DNA of 64,000 nt from Nitrospirota bacterium (GTDB lineage: Bacteria; UBA2233), in contig WOZJ01000050.1 in NCBI GenBank assembly GCA_011620345.1, positions 66,495 through 130,494 of the forward strand. Reading direction: 5' to 3'. Made by a program: the position numbers and the translations under genes. This document shows, in pieces, positions 47,811 to 57,369 of this stretch. How positions within the stretch are numbered: the first letter of the stretch is position 1; each line of letters starts with the position of its first letter. Under the pieces are notes generated by a model, which saw only the letters and a list, made by a program, of their open reading frames with translations, had not been told where the DNA came from and ran no database searches.

Positions 47811-47851
47811 GGGATTTATTGCTTTCTTTTTTTGGTTGTCTCAACTGATAT

Positions 47852-47863
47852 TTAGTATACTAA
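47852..47863. promoter_or_regulatory. perfect 12-bp palindrome TTAGTATACTAA in the divergent NUDIX-AMMECR1 / ppx intergenic region
   Basis: Self-complementary. Same half-sites as 33626-33654 and 28512-28523. Located 42 nt from the NUDIX-AMMECR1 start and about 100 nt from the ppx start. Confidence 0.5.
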
Positions 47864-47965
47864 TCGAAGCATGCGGGCTTGGCAATACGACGGCCGCTTC
47901 CTTGATTCCTCGCCAAAGCCTTGCTAGTATGAAAAGGGTTTGGGTATTGCCTTTAGGGAGCTACG

Positions 47966-48973
47966 GTGAATACAGGACTTTCTGGGCCATCTAAACAAGC
48001 TGTTGCCGCGCTGGACATTGGCTCCAATGCATTTCGTCTCTTGGCGTGCGAGGTTCCGCTAGAAGGTATCATCCGGCCCAAAAAGCTTGCTTCTCGTCAG
48101 GTCATCACGAGGCTTTCCGGCGGGTTCAGCTCTTCTTTTGGGCTAACCAAGGAAGCGATGGAACGCTCCATCGACGCCCTTAAGCAATTCCGGGTCGCCA
48201 TGGATGAGCTCGGGGTAGCCCATTATAAAGCCGTGGGAACGGGCGTTCTAAGGCGTGCGGTCAACCGGCAGGACTTTCTCGAGCGTGCTAAGCAAGAAGC
48301 CGACATTGCACTTGAAATCATCGACCCCAAGAAGGAGGCACTTCTTACGTACGAGGGGGTCATATCGACAACGAACACTCCGATTGGCTACCCGGTCCTG
48401 ATCATTGACGTGGGCGGGTTCAGCGTGGAGTTTATCTACGCCGAAACCCCTTTGAGGCCTACGTTTATGGCAAGCCTCGATATTGGGAGTGTTTTGTTGC
48501 GGGAGCGCTTCTTAATTTCTGACCCTCCCACCCCACAAGAGATCCAAGGGCTCCGCGATTATCTTCTGGAGAACCTAAACCGCCTTCAAGCGATTCTCTA
48601 TTCCTCAGGGTGTCTCGGAGGTTTGAAGAAAAAAGGGCAACTCATCGGAACAGCGGGTACGCTCACTACGCTCGCCCAGATCGACATGGCCTTGGCGGAT
48701 TACAACCCTCTGCTGATCCAGAATTATATCCTGACCGAGCAAAGGCTGGAGACCGTCTTTGAGCAGCTTATCAGGCTTCCCTCAAAAGATCGTCTTGCGA
48801 TCCGAGGTCTCAAACCTGGCAGGGAGGACGTGATTGTCGCTGGCGCTCTGCTCGTGATCGAGGCCGTCAAGGCATTTCGAAAGCCCGGGATTGTCGTATC
48901 CGACGCGGGGCTTCTCGAGGGGTTAATGGAAGAGGTTCTTTTGGAGCTTAGGGTTTCTACCTCGGATTCGTAA
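47966..48973 (+). CDS. Ppx/GppA-family phosphatase (exopolyphosphatase / pppGpp phosphohydrolase)
   Basis: ...AALDIGSNAFRLL... (ASKHA phosphate-1 motif), ...LIIDVGGFSVEF... (phosphate-2), ...GTAGTLTTLA.... GTG start after GGGAG. Confidence 0.8.
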   Translation: MNTGLSGPSKQAVAALDIGSNAFRLLACEVPLEGIIRPKKLASRQVITRLSGGFSSSFGLTKEAMERSIDALKQFRVAMDELGVAHYKAVGTGVLRRAVNRQDFLERAKQEADIALEIIDPKKEALLTYEGVISTTNTPIGYPVLIIDVGGFSVEFIYAETPLRPTFMASLDIGSVLLRERFLISDPPTPQEIQGLRDYLLENLNRLQAILYSSGCLGGLKKKGQLIGTAGTLTTLAQIDMALADYNPLLIQNYILTEQRLETVFEQLIRLPSKDRLAIRGLKPGREDVIVAGALLVIEAVKAFRKPGIVVSDAGLLEGLMEEVLLELRVSTSDS

Positions 48974-48981
48974 CCCCTTAA

Positions 48982-49554
48982 TCATTTTTTGAACAATGCC
49001 TCTAGGGTCTTCCCGGCGGAGCTGGCTATGTTCGGGTCTTGGTTGTCGGTGTTGAATGCTACGCAGGTATTCTGCAATGTTTCGTGCCGCATAAACAGGT
49101 GGCGCTTTTCCTCTAAGGAGAGGGACGAGATTTGCTCCTTATATTTTTGAAGCATGGAAGGCTCTATCTCCGCAAACAGCGAGCGTAGGCCCGCCTCGAT
49201 AAGCTCGCCTAGATGAGTACAGCCGTAGGCCCGCGGGATCAATGTTTTGATCTCTTTAAGAATGCCTCGCTTGAAGATGAACAAGCCTTCGATAGACTCA
49301 AGCGAGGCGATCGCTTGTTCGCAGATAGGGTAAGGAATACGGTCCATTCGGGCGTCGATCCCCTCGATCGTAAGCGATTTGGCGCCTATGAGCATGGCAA
49401 GGCGCATGTCATGGTAGTCGTCGTGCATCCTTACAACGGCAAGGATCTGGTTTTCCGTTGGCCTGTAGATCTCGGCGTTTACTTGACGGCCAAACGTTTG
49501 CTTGTGATGCCTGGCAAGGCCTATCAGACTATCGAACGAACTCTGGACCTTCAT
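48982..49554 (-). CDS. hypothetical protein (190 aa)
   Basis: No motif I can assign. Good RBS (AGAGGAAAG) and no competing ORF. Convergent with ppx. Confidence 0.45.
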   Translation of the reverse strand: MKVQSSFDSLIGLARHHKQTFGRQVNAEIYRPTENQILAVVRMHDDYHDMRLAMLIGAKSLTIEGIDARMDRIPYPICEQAIASLESIEGLFIFKRGILKEIKTLIPRAYGCTHLGELIEAGLRSLFAEIEPSMLQKYKEQISSLSLEEKRHLFMRHETLQNTCVAFNTDNQDPNIASSAGKTLEALFKK

Positions 49555-49649
49555 CTACTCTTTTCTTTCCTCTTTGTGTCGGGATTGCATTCAGGTTCCA
49601 TTTCTTTAATTTTATCATGTACTTAGAAAAGGCCAAGCTCAAAGCCTAG

Positions 49650-50834
49650 ATGTTTGGCGGCACCGGTGCGATCATGACCATGGAAAAACCCAATCGGCCA
49701 AACATTCAGGGATGCCCGCGAGAAGCCCCCGCAGGCCTTTATATCCATATTCCCTTTTGCCTCTCAAAATGTGCCTATTGCGATTTTGATTCGGCGCCAT
49801 TTCCAGAAGATGTTCGAGCGCGCTACGTGGAAAGCCTCTGCGTCGAAATAGGCAAGGCGAAAAGGGTTGAGGCCGACACGGTGTATTTCGGGGGAGGAAC
49901 ACCGTCGCTCCTTGCCCCTCTTGAGCTTGGAAAAATCTTAGGGGCCCTAAGGGAACGTTTTACGGGTGATGCCGGCGAAATCACCCTCGAGGCCAACCCG
50001 GAAACGATCACTCCCGCAGCGGCCGATGCTTGGGCCGGGGCAGGTATCAACCGGGTCAGCGTTGGAGCGCAGTCCTTTCATGACGATGAGCTGAGCTTCA
50101 TGGGTAGAAGGCACAACGCAAAGGATACCCTCAAGGCGCTTGCTCTATTACGGAAGGCTGGCTTTAGAAATATCGGCATAGACCTCATTCTTGGGCTTCC
50201 TCACCAAACCTTGCAACGATGGGAAGAGAGCCTAAACGTCCTTTTTGCCCTAAAGCCAGAGCATTTTTCGGCCTATATTCTGGATATCCACGAAGGGGCG
50301 GCATGGTCTAAAGAGCAGGTCTCCGCCTTGCTCCCCAAAGAGCGCGTTACGGTGAAAATGTACGAAAGGCTTCTGGAGCTTACAAGCGTCCAGGGCTATG
50401 TGCACTACGAAATCTCCAACTTTTGTCTTCCTGGGTATGCCAGCCGCCACAACCTAAAATACTTCTCGGATGAGCCCTACCTCGGGTTTGGTCCAAGCGC
50501 CCATTCTTACACCATTGAGGAGCGGTTTTGGAATGTGACGGGTCTCCTTGCCTACCTTGGGGCAGTGGGTGCGAAAGGAAATGCAAGGGCTCGCTCAATC
50601 CAGATGAGCCTGGAGGATCGCCGAAAAGAAGCGTTCATGATGGGGATGCGCAAGACGGAAGGAGTGGACCTTGAGTCCTTTTTTTTCTTGTATGGTTGGG
50701 ATATTCTTAAGGAGCACGCCGGAGTACTCGAACGTTTTATGAGTGCCGGAGTGCTCGAACTATCTAAAAAGCGGCTCAGATTCACCCCTAAAGGATACCT
50801 TGTCTCCAACGAAGTTCTTTCAAGCTTCTTTTAA
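49650..50834 (+). CDS. hemW: radical SAM heme chaperone HemW / oxygen-independent coproporphyrinogen-III oxidase-like
   Basis: ...LYIHIPFCLSKCAYCDF... (CxxxCxxC radical-SAM motif), ...VYFGGGTPSLL..., HemN C-terminal domain. Confidence 0.8.
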   Translation: MFGGTGAIMTMEKPNRPNIQGCPREAPAGLYIHIPFCLSKCAYCDFDSAPFPEDVRARYVESLCVEIGKAKRVEADTVYFGGGTPSLLAPLELGKILGALRERFTGDAGEITLEANPETITPAAADAWAGAGINRVSVGAQSFHDDELSFMGRRHNAKDTLKALALLRKAGFRNIGIDLILGLPHQTLQRWEESLNVLFALKPEHFSAYILDIHEGAAWSKEQVSALLPKERVTVKMYERLLELTSVQGYVHYEISNFCLPGYASRHNLKYFSDEPYLGFGPSAHSYTIEERFWNVTGLLAYLGAVGAKGNARARSIQMSLEDRRKEAFMMGMRKTEGVDLESFFFLYGWDILKEHAGVLERFMSAGVLELSKKRLRFTPKGYLVSNEVLSSFF

Positions 50835-50849
50835 TATGGAGGGTACTCG

Positions 50850-51968
50850 ATGCGCGTAAAGGCTGCGGTCGCCTACGAGCCAAACAAGCCCATACAAATC
50901 GAGACGGTTGAGTTGGAAGGCCCCAAAGAAGGGGAGGTGCTTATCGAGGTCAAGGCAACGGGCGTATGCCATACCGATGCCTATACGCTCTCTGGCAAGG
51001 ACCCCGAAGGGGTGTTTCCTTCCATTCTAGGCCATGAGGGCGCCGGTGTTGTTGTCGAAGTAGGTAAAGGCGTGAGGAGCGTAAAAAAAGACGATCATGT
51101 GATTCCTTTGTATACGCCTGAGTGCAGAGAGTGTGAATACTGCCTTTCTCAAAAGACAAACCTCTGTCAAGCGATACGGGAAACACAGGGCAAGGGCCTC
51201 ATGCCCGACGGAACTTCGCGTTTCTCCTTATCGGGCAAGCCAATCTACCACTACATGGGAACCTCGACGTTTGCGAATTTTATCGTCCTGCCCGAGATTT
51301 CCGTGGCAAAGGTGCGCGAGGATGCCCCTTTCGATAAAATCTGCCTAATTGGCTGTGGCGTAACGACGGGCGTAGGAGCCGCGGTATTCACGGCCAAGGT
51401 TCGCCCCGGTGACCGGGTCGTCGTCTTCGGACTTGGCTGTATTGGCCTTAACGTTATTCAAGGGGCAAGGCTTTGTGGGGCGGAGCAAATCGTGGGCGTC
51501 GACATCAACCCGGCCAAAAAGGAGATCGCCGAACGCTTCGGCATGACAGACTTTGTAAATCCCTCCGATTTGGGTGAAGATCTCGTCCAGTACCTGCTCC
51601 ATCTTACGAAGGGCGGGGCGGATTTCAGCTTTGAATGTATCGGAAGCGTAAAGGTCATGGCTCAGGCGCTCGGCTGCTGCCACAAAGGATGGGGGACATC
51701 CATCATTATCGGGGTTGCCGGTGCGGGTGAGGAAATTTCAACCAGGCCTTTCATGCTTGTGACGGGGAGGGTATGGAAGGGTTCGGCCTTTGGAGGGGCA
51801 AGGGGAAGGACAGATGTCCCCAAGCTTGTCGATTGGTATATGTCCGGCAAAATTCTTGTAGACGAGCTCGTAACGCATGAGCTTCCCATCGAGAGGATAA
51901 ACGAAGCGTTCGATATGCTGCACCAAGGCTGTTCCATTCGAAGCGTCCTATCCTACAACCCCGTCTAA
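50850..51968 (+). CDS. class III zinc alcohol dehydrogenase / S-(hydroxymethyl)glutathione dehydrogenase
   Basis: ...[12 protein letters not shown]..., ...[14 protein letters not shown]..., structural Zn site ...[15 protein letters not shown].... 372 aa. Confidence 0.85.
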   Translation: MRVKAAVAYEPNKPIQIETVELEGPKEGEVLIEVKATGVCHTDAYTLSGKDPEGVFPSILGHEGAGVVVEVGKGVRSVKKDDHVIPLYTPECRECEYCLSQKTNLCQAIRETQGKGLMPDGTSRFSLSGKPIYHYMGTSTFANFIVLPEISVAKVREDAPFDKICLIGCGVTTGVGAAVFTAKVRPGDRVVVFGLGCIGLNVIQGARLCGAEQIVGVDINPAKKEIAERFGMTDFVNPSDLGEDLVQYLLHLTKGGADFSFECIGSVKVMAQALGCCHKGWGTSIIIGVAGAGEEISTRPFMLVTGRVWKGSAFGGARGRTDVPKLVDWYMSGKILVDELVTHELPIERINEAFDMLHQGCSIRSVLSYNPV

Positions 51969-51992
51969 AGCGCGAAGATGCGCTGGTCTTTT
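51969..51992 (+). terminator. putative intrinsic terminator after the ADH gene
   Basis: AGCGC-gaagat-GCGCT followed by GGTCTTTT. Confidence 0.35.
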
Positions 51993-52126
51993 AGGCCATA
52001 GCAACCCTAGGATCTTGAAGGAGCAAGAATGAACGCGGAAAACCAGGCCCATCTCCTGCTTTGCCTTGGTGTTTTTGTTGCAGGCATTTTTTATAGAAAT
52101 GGCACGTTTAGGGCCAAGGGGCAGGC

Positions 52127-53431
52127 ATGATTGAAAGGTATGCACGGAAAAAAGCAAGCGGGATTTTCTCGCTTTCCTCGCGCTATGCCTACTGGCAGCG
52201 CATCGAGGCGGCATGCCTTGAAGCAATGGAAGAGTTAGGGGTAGTCCCTAGCGGAGCAGCGTCCGAGCTAAGGGCAGTTTCGATCGACGTCCAAGAGATT
52301 CTTGAGATTGAAAAAGAGCGCGGACATGACGTCATCGCTTTTATCGAGTACGCCGCGGCACGCATGCCCACGCACGGGCGCTTTCTCCATTACGGCATGA
52401 CATCCTCGGACGTCGTTGATTCCGCGTTTGCATGCCAGTTGCTCGATGCACTCGACCTTGTCCTTAGCGGGGCAACGAGAGCGTTCGATTCTTTAAGGCG
52501 TCTTGCGCTCGAACATAAAGACACGGTCATGGTTGGCAGGACCCACGGGATTCATGCAGAACCCTACAGCTTTGGCCTCAAGGTGCTGTCTTGGTACAAA
52601 GAGCTAGAGCGAAATATCGGAAGGCTTGAAGAGGCCAGGGAGCAGCTTGCCTACGGAAAGATTTCCGGCGCGGTCGGGACGTATGCCCACCTTCCTCCCG
52701 AGGTTGAAGCACGCGCGCTCAAGAAGGTAGGCCTCAAGCCAGAGCCCCTATCGACGCAAGTCGTCCCACGGGACCGGCATGCGCATTTGTTTCTCCAGTT
52801 GGCTTTGCTCGCTGCGGGGATCGAGCGTATCATGCTCGAGATCCGTCACCTTCAGCGCACGGAGGTGCTAGAGCTTGAAGAGCCCTTCGGTAGAAGCCAA
52901 CGCGGCTCTTCGGCCATGCCGCACAAGAAGAACCCTATCCTGTGCGAGAACCTTTGCGGTTTGGCAAGGCTGATGCGAAGCTACGTAGGCCCCGCCTTGG
53001 AGGATGTCGCTCTTTGGCACGAGAGGGACATCTCGCATTCGAGCGTAGAACGTGTGATCGGCGAGGATGCCCTAGTCCTGGCCGATTTCATGCTCCACCG
53101 GCTTGCGTTCATTCTCGATGGGCTTATCGTCCATAAAGGCAGGATGCTGCACAATCTTGAGGCCTTGGGGGGGATGGTCTATTCCCAGCGCATCCTCCTT
53201 GCATTGACCGAAAGGGGTATGACAAGGACAAAAGCCTATGAGGCAGTACAGAAGGCGGCCCTCGATGCCTTTTCAGAAGGCGGCTCGTTCAAGGAGCGCA
53301 TAGCACAAGATCAAAACGTGCGCGAGGTACTTTCCGACAAGGAGCTTGAGGAGCTCTTTTCTTGGGGGCCGTACCTTAAGCACGTAGATACCGTTTATGA
53401 GCGTTGTTTGGGTCCTTCTATTCAAGATTAG
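52127..53431 (+). CDS. purB: adenylosuccinate lyase
   Basis: Fumarate-lyase family with the signature ...GSSAMPHKKNP.... 434 aa. Confidence 0.9.
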   Translation: MIERYARKKASGIFSLSSRYAYWQRIEAACLEAMEELGVVPSGAASELRAVSIDVQEILEIEKERGHDVIAFIEYAAARMPTHGRFLHYGMTSSDVVDSAFACQLLDALDLVLSGATRAFDSLRRLALEHKDTVMVGRTHGIHAEPYSFGLKVLSWYKELERNIGRLEEAREQLAYGKISGAVGTYAHLPPEVEARALKKVGLKPEPLSTQVVPRDRHAHLFLQLALLAAGIERIMLEIRHLQRTEVLELEEPFGRSQRGSSAMPHKKNPILCENLCGLARLMRSYVGPALEDVALWHERDISHSSVERVIGEDALVLADFMLHRLAFILDGLIVHKGRMLHNLEALGGMVYSQRILLALTERGMTRTKAYEAVQKAALDAFSEGGSFKERIAQDQNVREVLSDKELEELFSWGPYLKHVDTVYERCLGPSIQD

Positions 53432-53457
53432 CCTTTTTATCAATGTGAGGTGAAGCC

Positions 53458-54186
53458 ATGCAAAAGGGGCGAGCTCTTTACACCGGAAAGGCAAAGGTTG
53501 TTTACGAAACAGACATGCCAGACCGGCTCGTTCTTTACTTTCGAGACGACGCGACAGCGTTCAACGCGAAGAAGCGGGGGGTCATTGCGAATAAGGGTGT
53601 TATCAACGCCTACATAACCGCCAAGATCTTCAGCTACCTCGAAGATCGTGGAATCCCTACGCATTTTTTGGAGCGAGCCTCCGACAGGGAATTGACGGTG
53701 AAGAAGGTCGAGATCGTCCCGGTCGAGGTGGTCGTTAGGAACCGCGTTGCGGGCTCGCTTGCCAAACGGATGGGGCGGGAAGAGGGTGCACCGCTTAGGA
53801 AGCCCGTAAGGGAATACTTCTTTAAAAGCGACTCGCTGGACGACCCGATGATATCGGAGGATTTTATTCTGGCCGACGGCCTTGCGACCGAAGATGAGTT
53901 TAATGCCATCAAAGAGAAGGCGCTGATTGTCAACGGACTACTTTTGGAGATGTTCCAGAAGACGGGCATCCTGCTTGTGGATTTTAAGCTCGAGTTTGGC
54001 CGCGCTGACGGGCAAATTCTCTTGGCTGACGAAATTACCCCGGATGGTTGCAGGCTATGGGATGCGACAACGCTCGAAAAACTTGACAAGGACCGTTTTC
54101 GTAGGGACTTAGGGAAGGTCGAAGAGGCTTACCTTGAGGTCGTGAACCGGCTATTCCCGGATTTTCCCAAGGAAGTTTCGCTGTGA
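53458..54186 (+). CDS. purC: SAICAR synthetase
   Basis: ...LYTGKAKVVYETD... and the standard PurC layout. Confidence 0.9.
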   Translation: MQKGRALYTGKAKVVYETDMPDRLVLYFRDDATAFNAKKRGVIANKGVINAYITAKIFSYLEDRGIPTHFLERASDRELTVKKVEIVPVEVVVRNRVAGSLAKRMGREEGAPLRKPVREYFFKSDSLDDPMISEDFILADGLATEDEFNAIKEKALIVNGLLLEMFQKTGILLVDFKLEFGRADGQILLADEITPDGCRLWDATTLEKLDKDRFRRDLGKVEEAYLEVVNRLFPDFPKEVSL

Positions 54187-54437
54187 AGCTCTTTTACAAC
54201 ATAACCCCCAAGCCCGACCTCCACGACCCTCAGGGAGAGGCCCTTCAGCGGATTCTCGACCGGATTGGTGTACTCGGGGTATCTAGGGTTCACGTGGGCA
54301 AAATGGTCGTGCTCGAGATAGAGGGAGACCTCTTAGAGGCCGAGAGAAAGGAGCGGTTCGAAGAATTAGGGAAAACATTCTTTTCCAACCCATTGCTCGA
54401 GGATGTAGAGTGCCGCGTGGAAAGCGAGGAACCATGA
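54183..54437 (+). CDS. purS: FGAM synthase PurS subunit
   Basis: 84 aa, ...ITPKPDLHDPQGEAL.... Overlaps purC and purQ. Confidence 0.85.
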   Translation: MKLFYNITPKPDLHDPQGEALQRILDRIGVLGVSRVHVGKMVVLEIEGDLLEAERKERFEELGKTFFSNPLLEDVECRVESEEP

Positions 54438-55132
54438 AGGTTGGCGTTGTCGTATTTCCTGGGTCAAACTGTGACCTTGACGTGGTACACGTTGTGCAGG
54501 ATGTACTTGGATGGTCTACGCGAATACTCTGGCATACAGAAACAAATCTCGTGGGGCTGGACCTGGTCGTTTTGCCTGGAGGGTTTTCTTACGGCGACTA
54601 CCTAAGGCCCGGGGCTTTGGCAAGCTACTCTCCCATCATGGCAGCCATCAAGGATTTTGCCTCGAAGGGGGGTCTGGTGCTCGGCATATGCAACGGATTC
54701 CAAATCCTGCTCGAGGCGGGGATGCTTCAAGGGGCGCTCATGCAGAACCGTCAGATTCGGTTTGTGTGCAAACCGACGTGGGTCAGGGTCGATTCGACAA
54801 GGTCCTTCCTTACGGCATCGGCCTATAAGGGCCAGGTTTTGAGTCTCCCGATCGCGCACCATTCTGGGAGCTATTATGTCACGAAAGAGGCCCTAAAAGG
54901 CATGAACGACTCCGGTCGAATTCTCTTTAGGTACGTGAGCCCGGACGGTGCCCAAGACGATGCCTTTAACCCGAACGGCTCGATCGAAGCAATTGCCGGC
55001 GTTTCAAACGAGGAAGGGAACGTTGTCGGGCTCATGCCCCATCCAGAAAGGGCGGCAGAGCGTTTGTTGGGAAGCGAGGATGGTCTTGTGCTGTTCCGAG
55101 GCGTCCTTTCTTGGATAAGCCAAGCCTCTTAG
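54434..55132 (+). CDS. purQ: FGAM synthase glutaminase subunit
   Basis: ...VVVFPGSNCD..., ...LGICNGFQIL... (catalytic Cys), ...MPHPER.... Confidence 0.9.
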   Translation: MKVGVVVFPGSNCDLDVVHVVQDVLGWSTRILWHTETNLVGLDLVVLPGGFSYGDYLRPGALASYSPIMAAIKDFASKGGLVLGICNGFQILLEAGMLQGALMQNRQIRFVCKPTWVRVDSTRSFLTASAYKGQVLSLPIAHHSGSYYVTKEALKGMNDSGRILFRYVSPDGAQDDAFNPNGSIEAIAGVSNEEGNVVGLMPHPERAAERLLGSEDGLVLFRGVLSWISQAS

Positions 55133-55159
55133 TCTCAGAGCACGAAGGAGTTTCTATCC

Positions 55160-57364
55160 GTGGACGAAGTGATTCTCGAGGAGGAAGAGCGGGCATTGCT
55201 TGCCTCCGTGCTTTGCAGAGAGCCCACCACGCTTGAGGAGGCGATCACCCAAGGGCTTTGGAACGAGCATTGCAGCTACAAGAGCTCAAAGCTCCTGATT
55301 GAACGGTTTCAGGCGCTCGGAACGCGCCTCGGGGGGATCGATGAAAACGCGGGCGGGGTACGTCTTAAGGATGGAACCGTCGTGGTCTTCAAAATGGAGA
55401 GCCACAACCATCCTTCTTTCATTGAGCCCTTTCAAGGAGCGGCCACGGGTGTAGGCGGCATCCTCCGGGACATCTTCGCCATGGGGGCCAGGCCCATCGC
55501 GCTCTTGGACGCGCTGTTTTTTGGTGAGCCGGATTTTGGGCGAACCCCTTACCTCGCTTCCCGCGTCATCGATGGCATTGCTTGGTATGGTAATTGTGTC
55601 GGCGTCCCTACGGTTGGGGGCATGTTCGTTTCCGACGTGGGGTATAACGCAAACTGTCTGGTCAACGCGATGGCCGTAGGGGTGCTCGAACCAGGACAGG
55701 CCATGCTGAGCGCAAAGGCTAGAGGGGTCGGCAACCTTATTGTGTATGCCGGCCAAAAGACCGGCCCGGATGGAATTTACGGATCCCGGATGGCGTCCAA
55801 ATCCTTCGGTGTCGGGGTGGAGCAGCTACGCCCGCAGGTGCAGGTTGGCGACCCATTCAAAGGGAAACTCCTGATCGAGGCGACCCTCTCGCTGGCGAGG
55901 CGAGGGCTTGCCTTGTCCTGTCAAGATTTTGGGGCATCTGGGCTGGTTTCATCCGTCTTTGAGATGGCCTACAAGGGCAATATCGGGGTTCGACTCAACC
56001 TAGACGCCATCCCCTTGCGCATGAAGGGGCTTCAGCCCTGGGAGATCCTCCTTTCGGAATCTCAAGAGCGGATGGTCTATGTGGTCTTGCCCGAAAACGC
56101 CGAAGAGGTCCTGAAGGTTCTCCAGGGGTACGAGCTCGATGCCGCCGTGATCGGCGAACTCGTCCAGGGCGAAGAGATAGAGGTCTTCTACCGGGGTGAG
56201 CCCTTGATTCGATTCCCACACCTCCGCGTCTTAAAGGCCGCCCCTCGCTTAAACCGCCCCATGGCACCACCCTTTACGAAGCAAGGGAGAGCGACCGGCC
56301 CCATAGGGTCGTTTTCCGCCGAGCGGCTCGGAACAACCCTTGGACGCTTGATTGGGCACCCCGGCGTGGGCTCCAAGGAGGACATCTACAGACAGTACGA
56401 TCACGAGGTTGGGATCCGCACGCTTGTTCCCCCTTCGCTTGGCCCCTCCATCCTGCGGGTTTACCCGACAAGGGATACGGCCATTGCCGTCGTAGTGGGC
56501 TCAAGGCCCTTCCTTGCCGTGTCCGACCCGAGAGGGGCAGCGCATCAGCTGATCGCGGGGCTTTCCCTTGCGTTGGCCAGTTCTGGAGCCACGGCCATAG
56601 GGATGACCAACTGTTTGAACTTTGGCACCCCAGAAGACCCAAAAATAATGTATGCCCTAAAGGAGACGATCGAAGGCCTCGCGGAGGCTTGCGAGGCGCT
56701 AGGCATAGCGGTCGTAAGCGGCAACGTAAGCCTTTATAACACAACCGAGGATGCGAGCATTCTCCCGACGGCCGTGGTTGGTATGGTTGGAGAGGTGCAA
56801 ATCCCGCTTGAAGAGGTAGGCCAAAAACCACTCTTACCGAATGACAGGCTTTGGGTCATCGAATACGGCAAACCCGCGCTTAAAGGTTCCCAGCTGAATC
56901 GCCTCATGCCTGCAGAATGGGCTGACGAGGGCCTTGTTTCCGCAGATTTCAAACGTCACAGGGATCTCCTCACGCTCGCGACAGCGCTCAGGGCAGATTC
57001 GATCCGACTCATCACGCCAGGTGGGGGCGGGACGCTTATTTCCATCGTCAAGCGCTTGCTCGAGCAAGCGAAACATGCGGATCGGCCGCTTGCCTTACTA
57101 GACTCGCACGGAATTCAGCTTGACCCTGAGTTCTGCTCAGACCCTGTAAACGGCTTTGGAGAAGGCTGTGCCCGGTTCGTTGCGGCCGTTGAGCCTTCCG
57201 AAGAGCCTAGACTCCTAAAGCAGACCGGCCTGTCCGGCTTTAAGTCTTCCTACCTAGGCAAGGTGATCAGCGAACCGGAGGTTTGGCTTGGCCAAAACAC
57301 CGCGGCAAGAATGGAGGACCTTTTTTTGAAATACACTTTGAGCCTTAGGGCTTTTTTGGAGTAA
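55160..57364 (+). CDS. purL: FGAM synthase II
   Basis: ...KMESHNHPSFIEPFQGAATGVGGILRD.... 734 aa. Confidence 0.9.
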   Translation: MDEVILEEEERALLASVLCREPTTLEEAITQGLWNEHCSYKSSKLLIERFQALGTRLGGIDENAGGVRLKDGTVVVFKMESHNHPSFIEPFQGAATGVGGILRDIFAMGARPIALLDALFFGEPDFGRTPYLASRVIDGIAWYGNCVGVPTVGGMFVSDVGYNANCLVNAMAVGVLEPGQAMLSAKARGVGNLIVYAGQKTGPDGIYGSRMASKSFGVGVEQLRPQVQVGDPFKGKLLIEATLSLARRGLALSCQDFGASGLVSSVFEMAYKGNIGVRLNLDAIPLRMKGLQPWEILLSESQERMVYVVLPENAEEVLKVLQGYELDAAVIGELVQGEEIEVFYRGEPLIRFPHLRVLKAAPRLNRPMAPPFTKQGRATGPIGSFSAERLGTTLGRLIGHPGVGSKEDIYRQYDHEVGIRTLVPPSLGPSILRVYPTRDTAIAVVVGSRPFLAVSDPRGAAHQLIAGLSLALASSGATAIGMTNCLNFGTPEDPKIMYALKETIEGLAEACEALGIAVVSGNVSLYNTTEDASILPTAVVGMVGEVQIPLEEVGQKPLLPNDRLWVIEYGKPALKGSQLNRLMPAEWADEGLVSADFKRHRDLLTLATALRADSIRLITPGGGGTLISIVKRLLEQAKHADRPLALLDSHGIQLDPEFCSDPVNGFGEGCARFVAAVEPSEEPRLLKQTGLSGFKSSYLGKVISEPEVWLGQNTAARMEDLFLKYTLSLRAFLE

Positions 57365-57369
57365 ATAAA

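Noticed and set aside
28512-47863. Calling the TTAGTAT palindromes FapR boxes
   Set aside because: The half-site similarity to the Firmicute FapR operator is noted, but the spacing differs (0 or 7 nt versus 3 nt) and this GC-rich genome is not a Firmicute, so the identity claim is not justified. It is kept only as an anonymous operator candidate.
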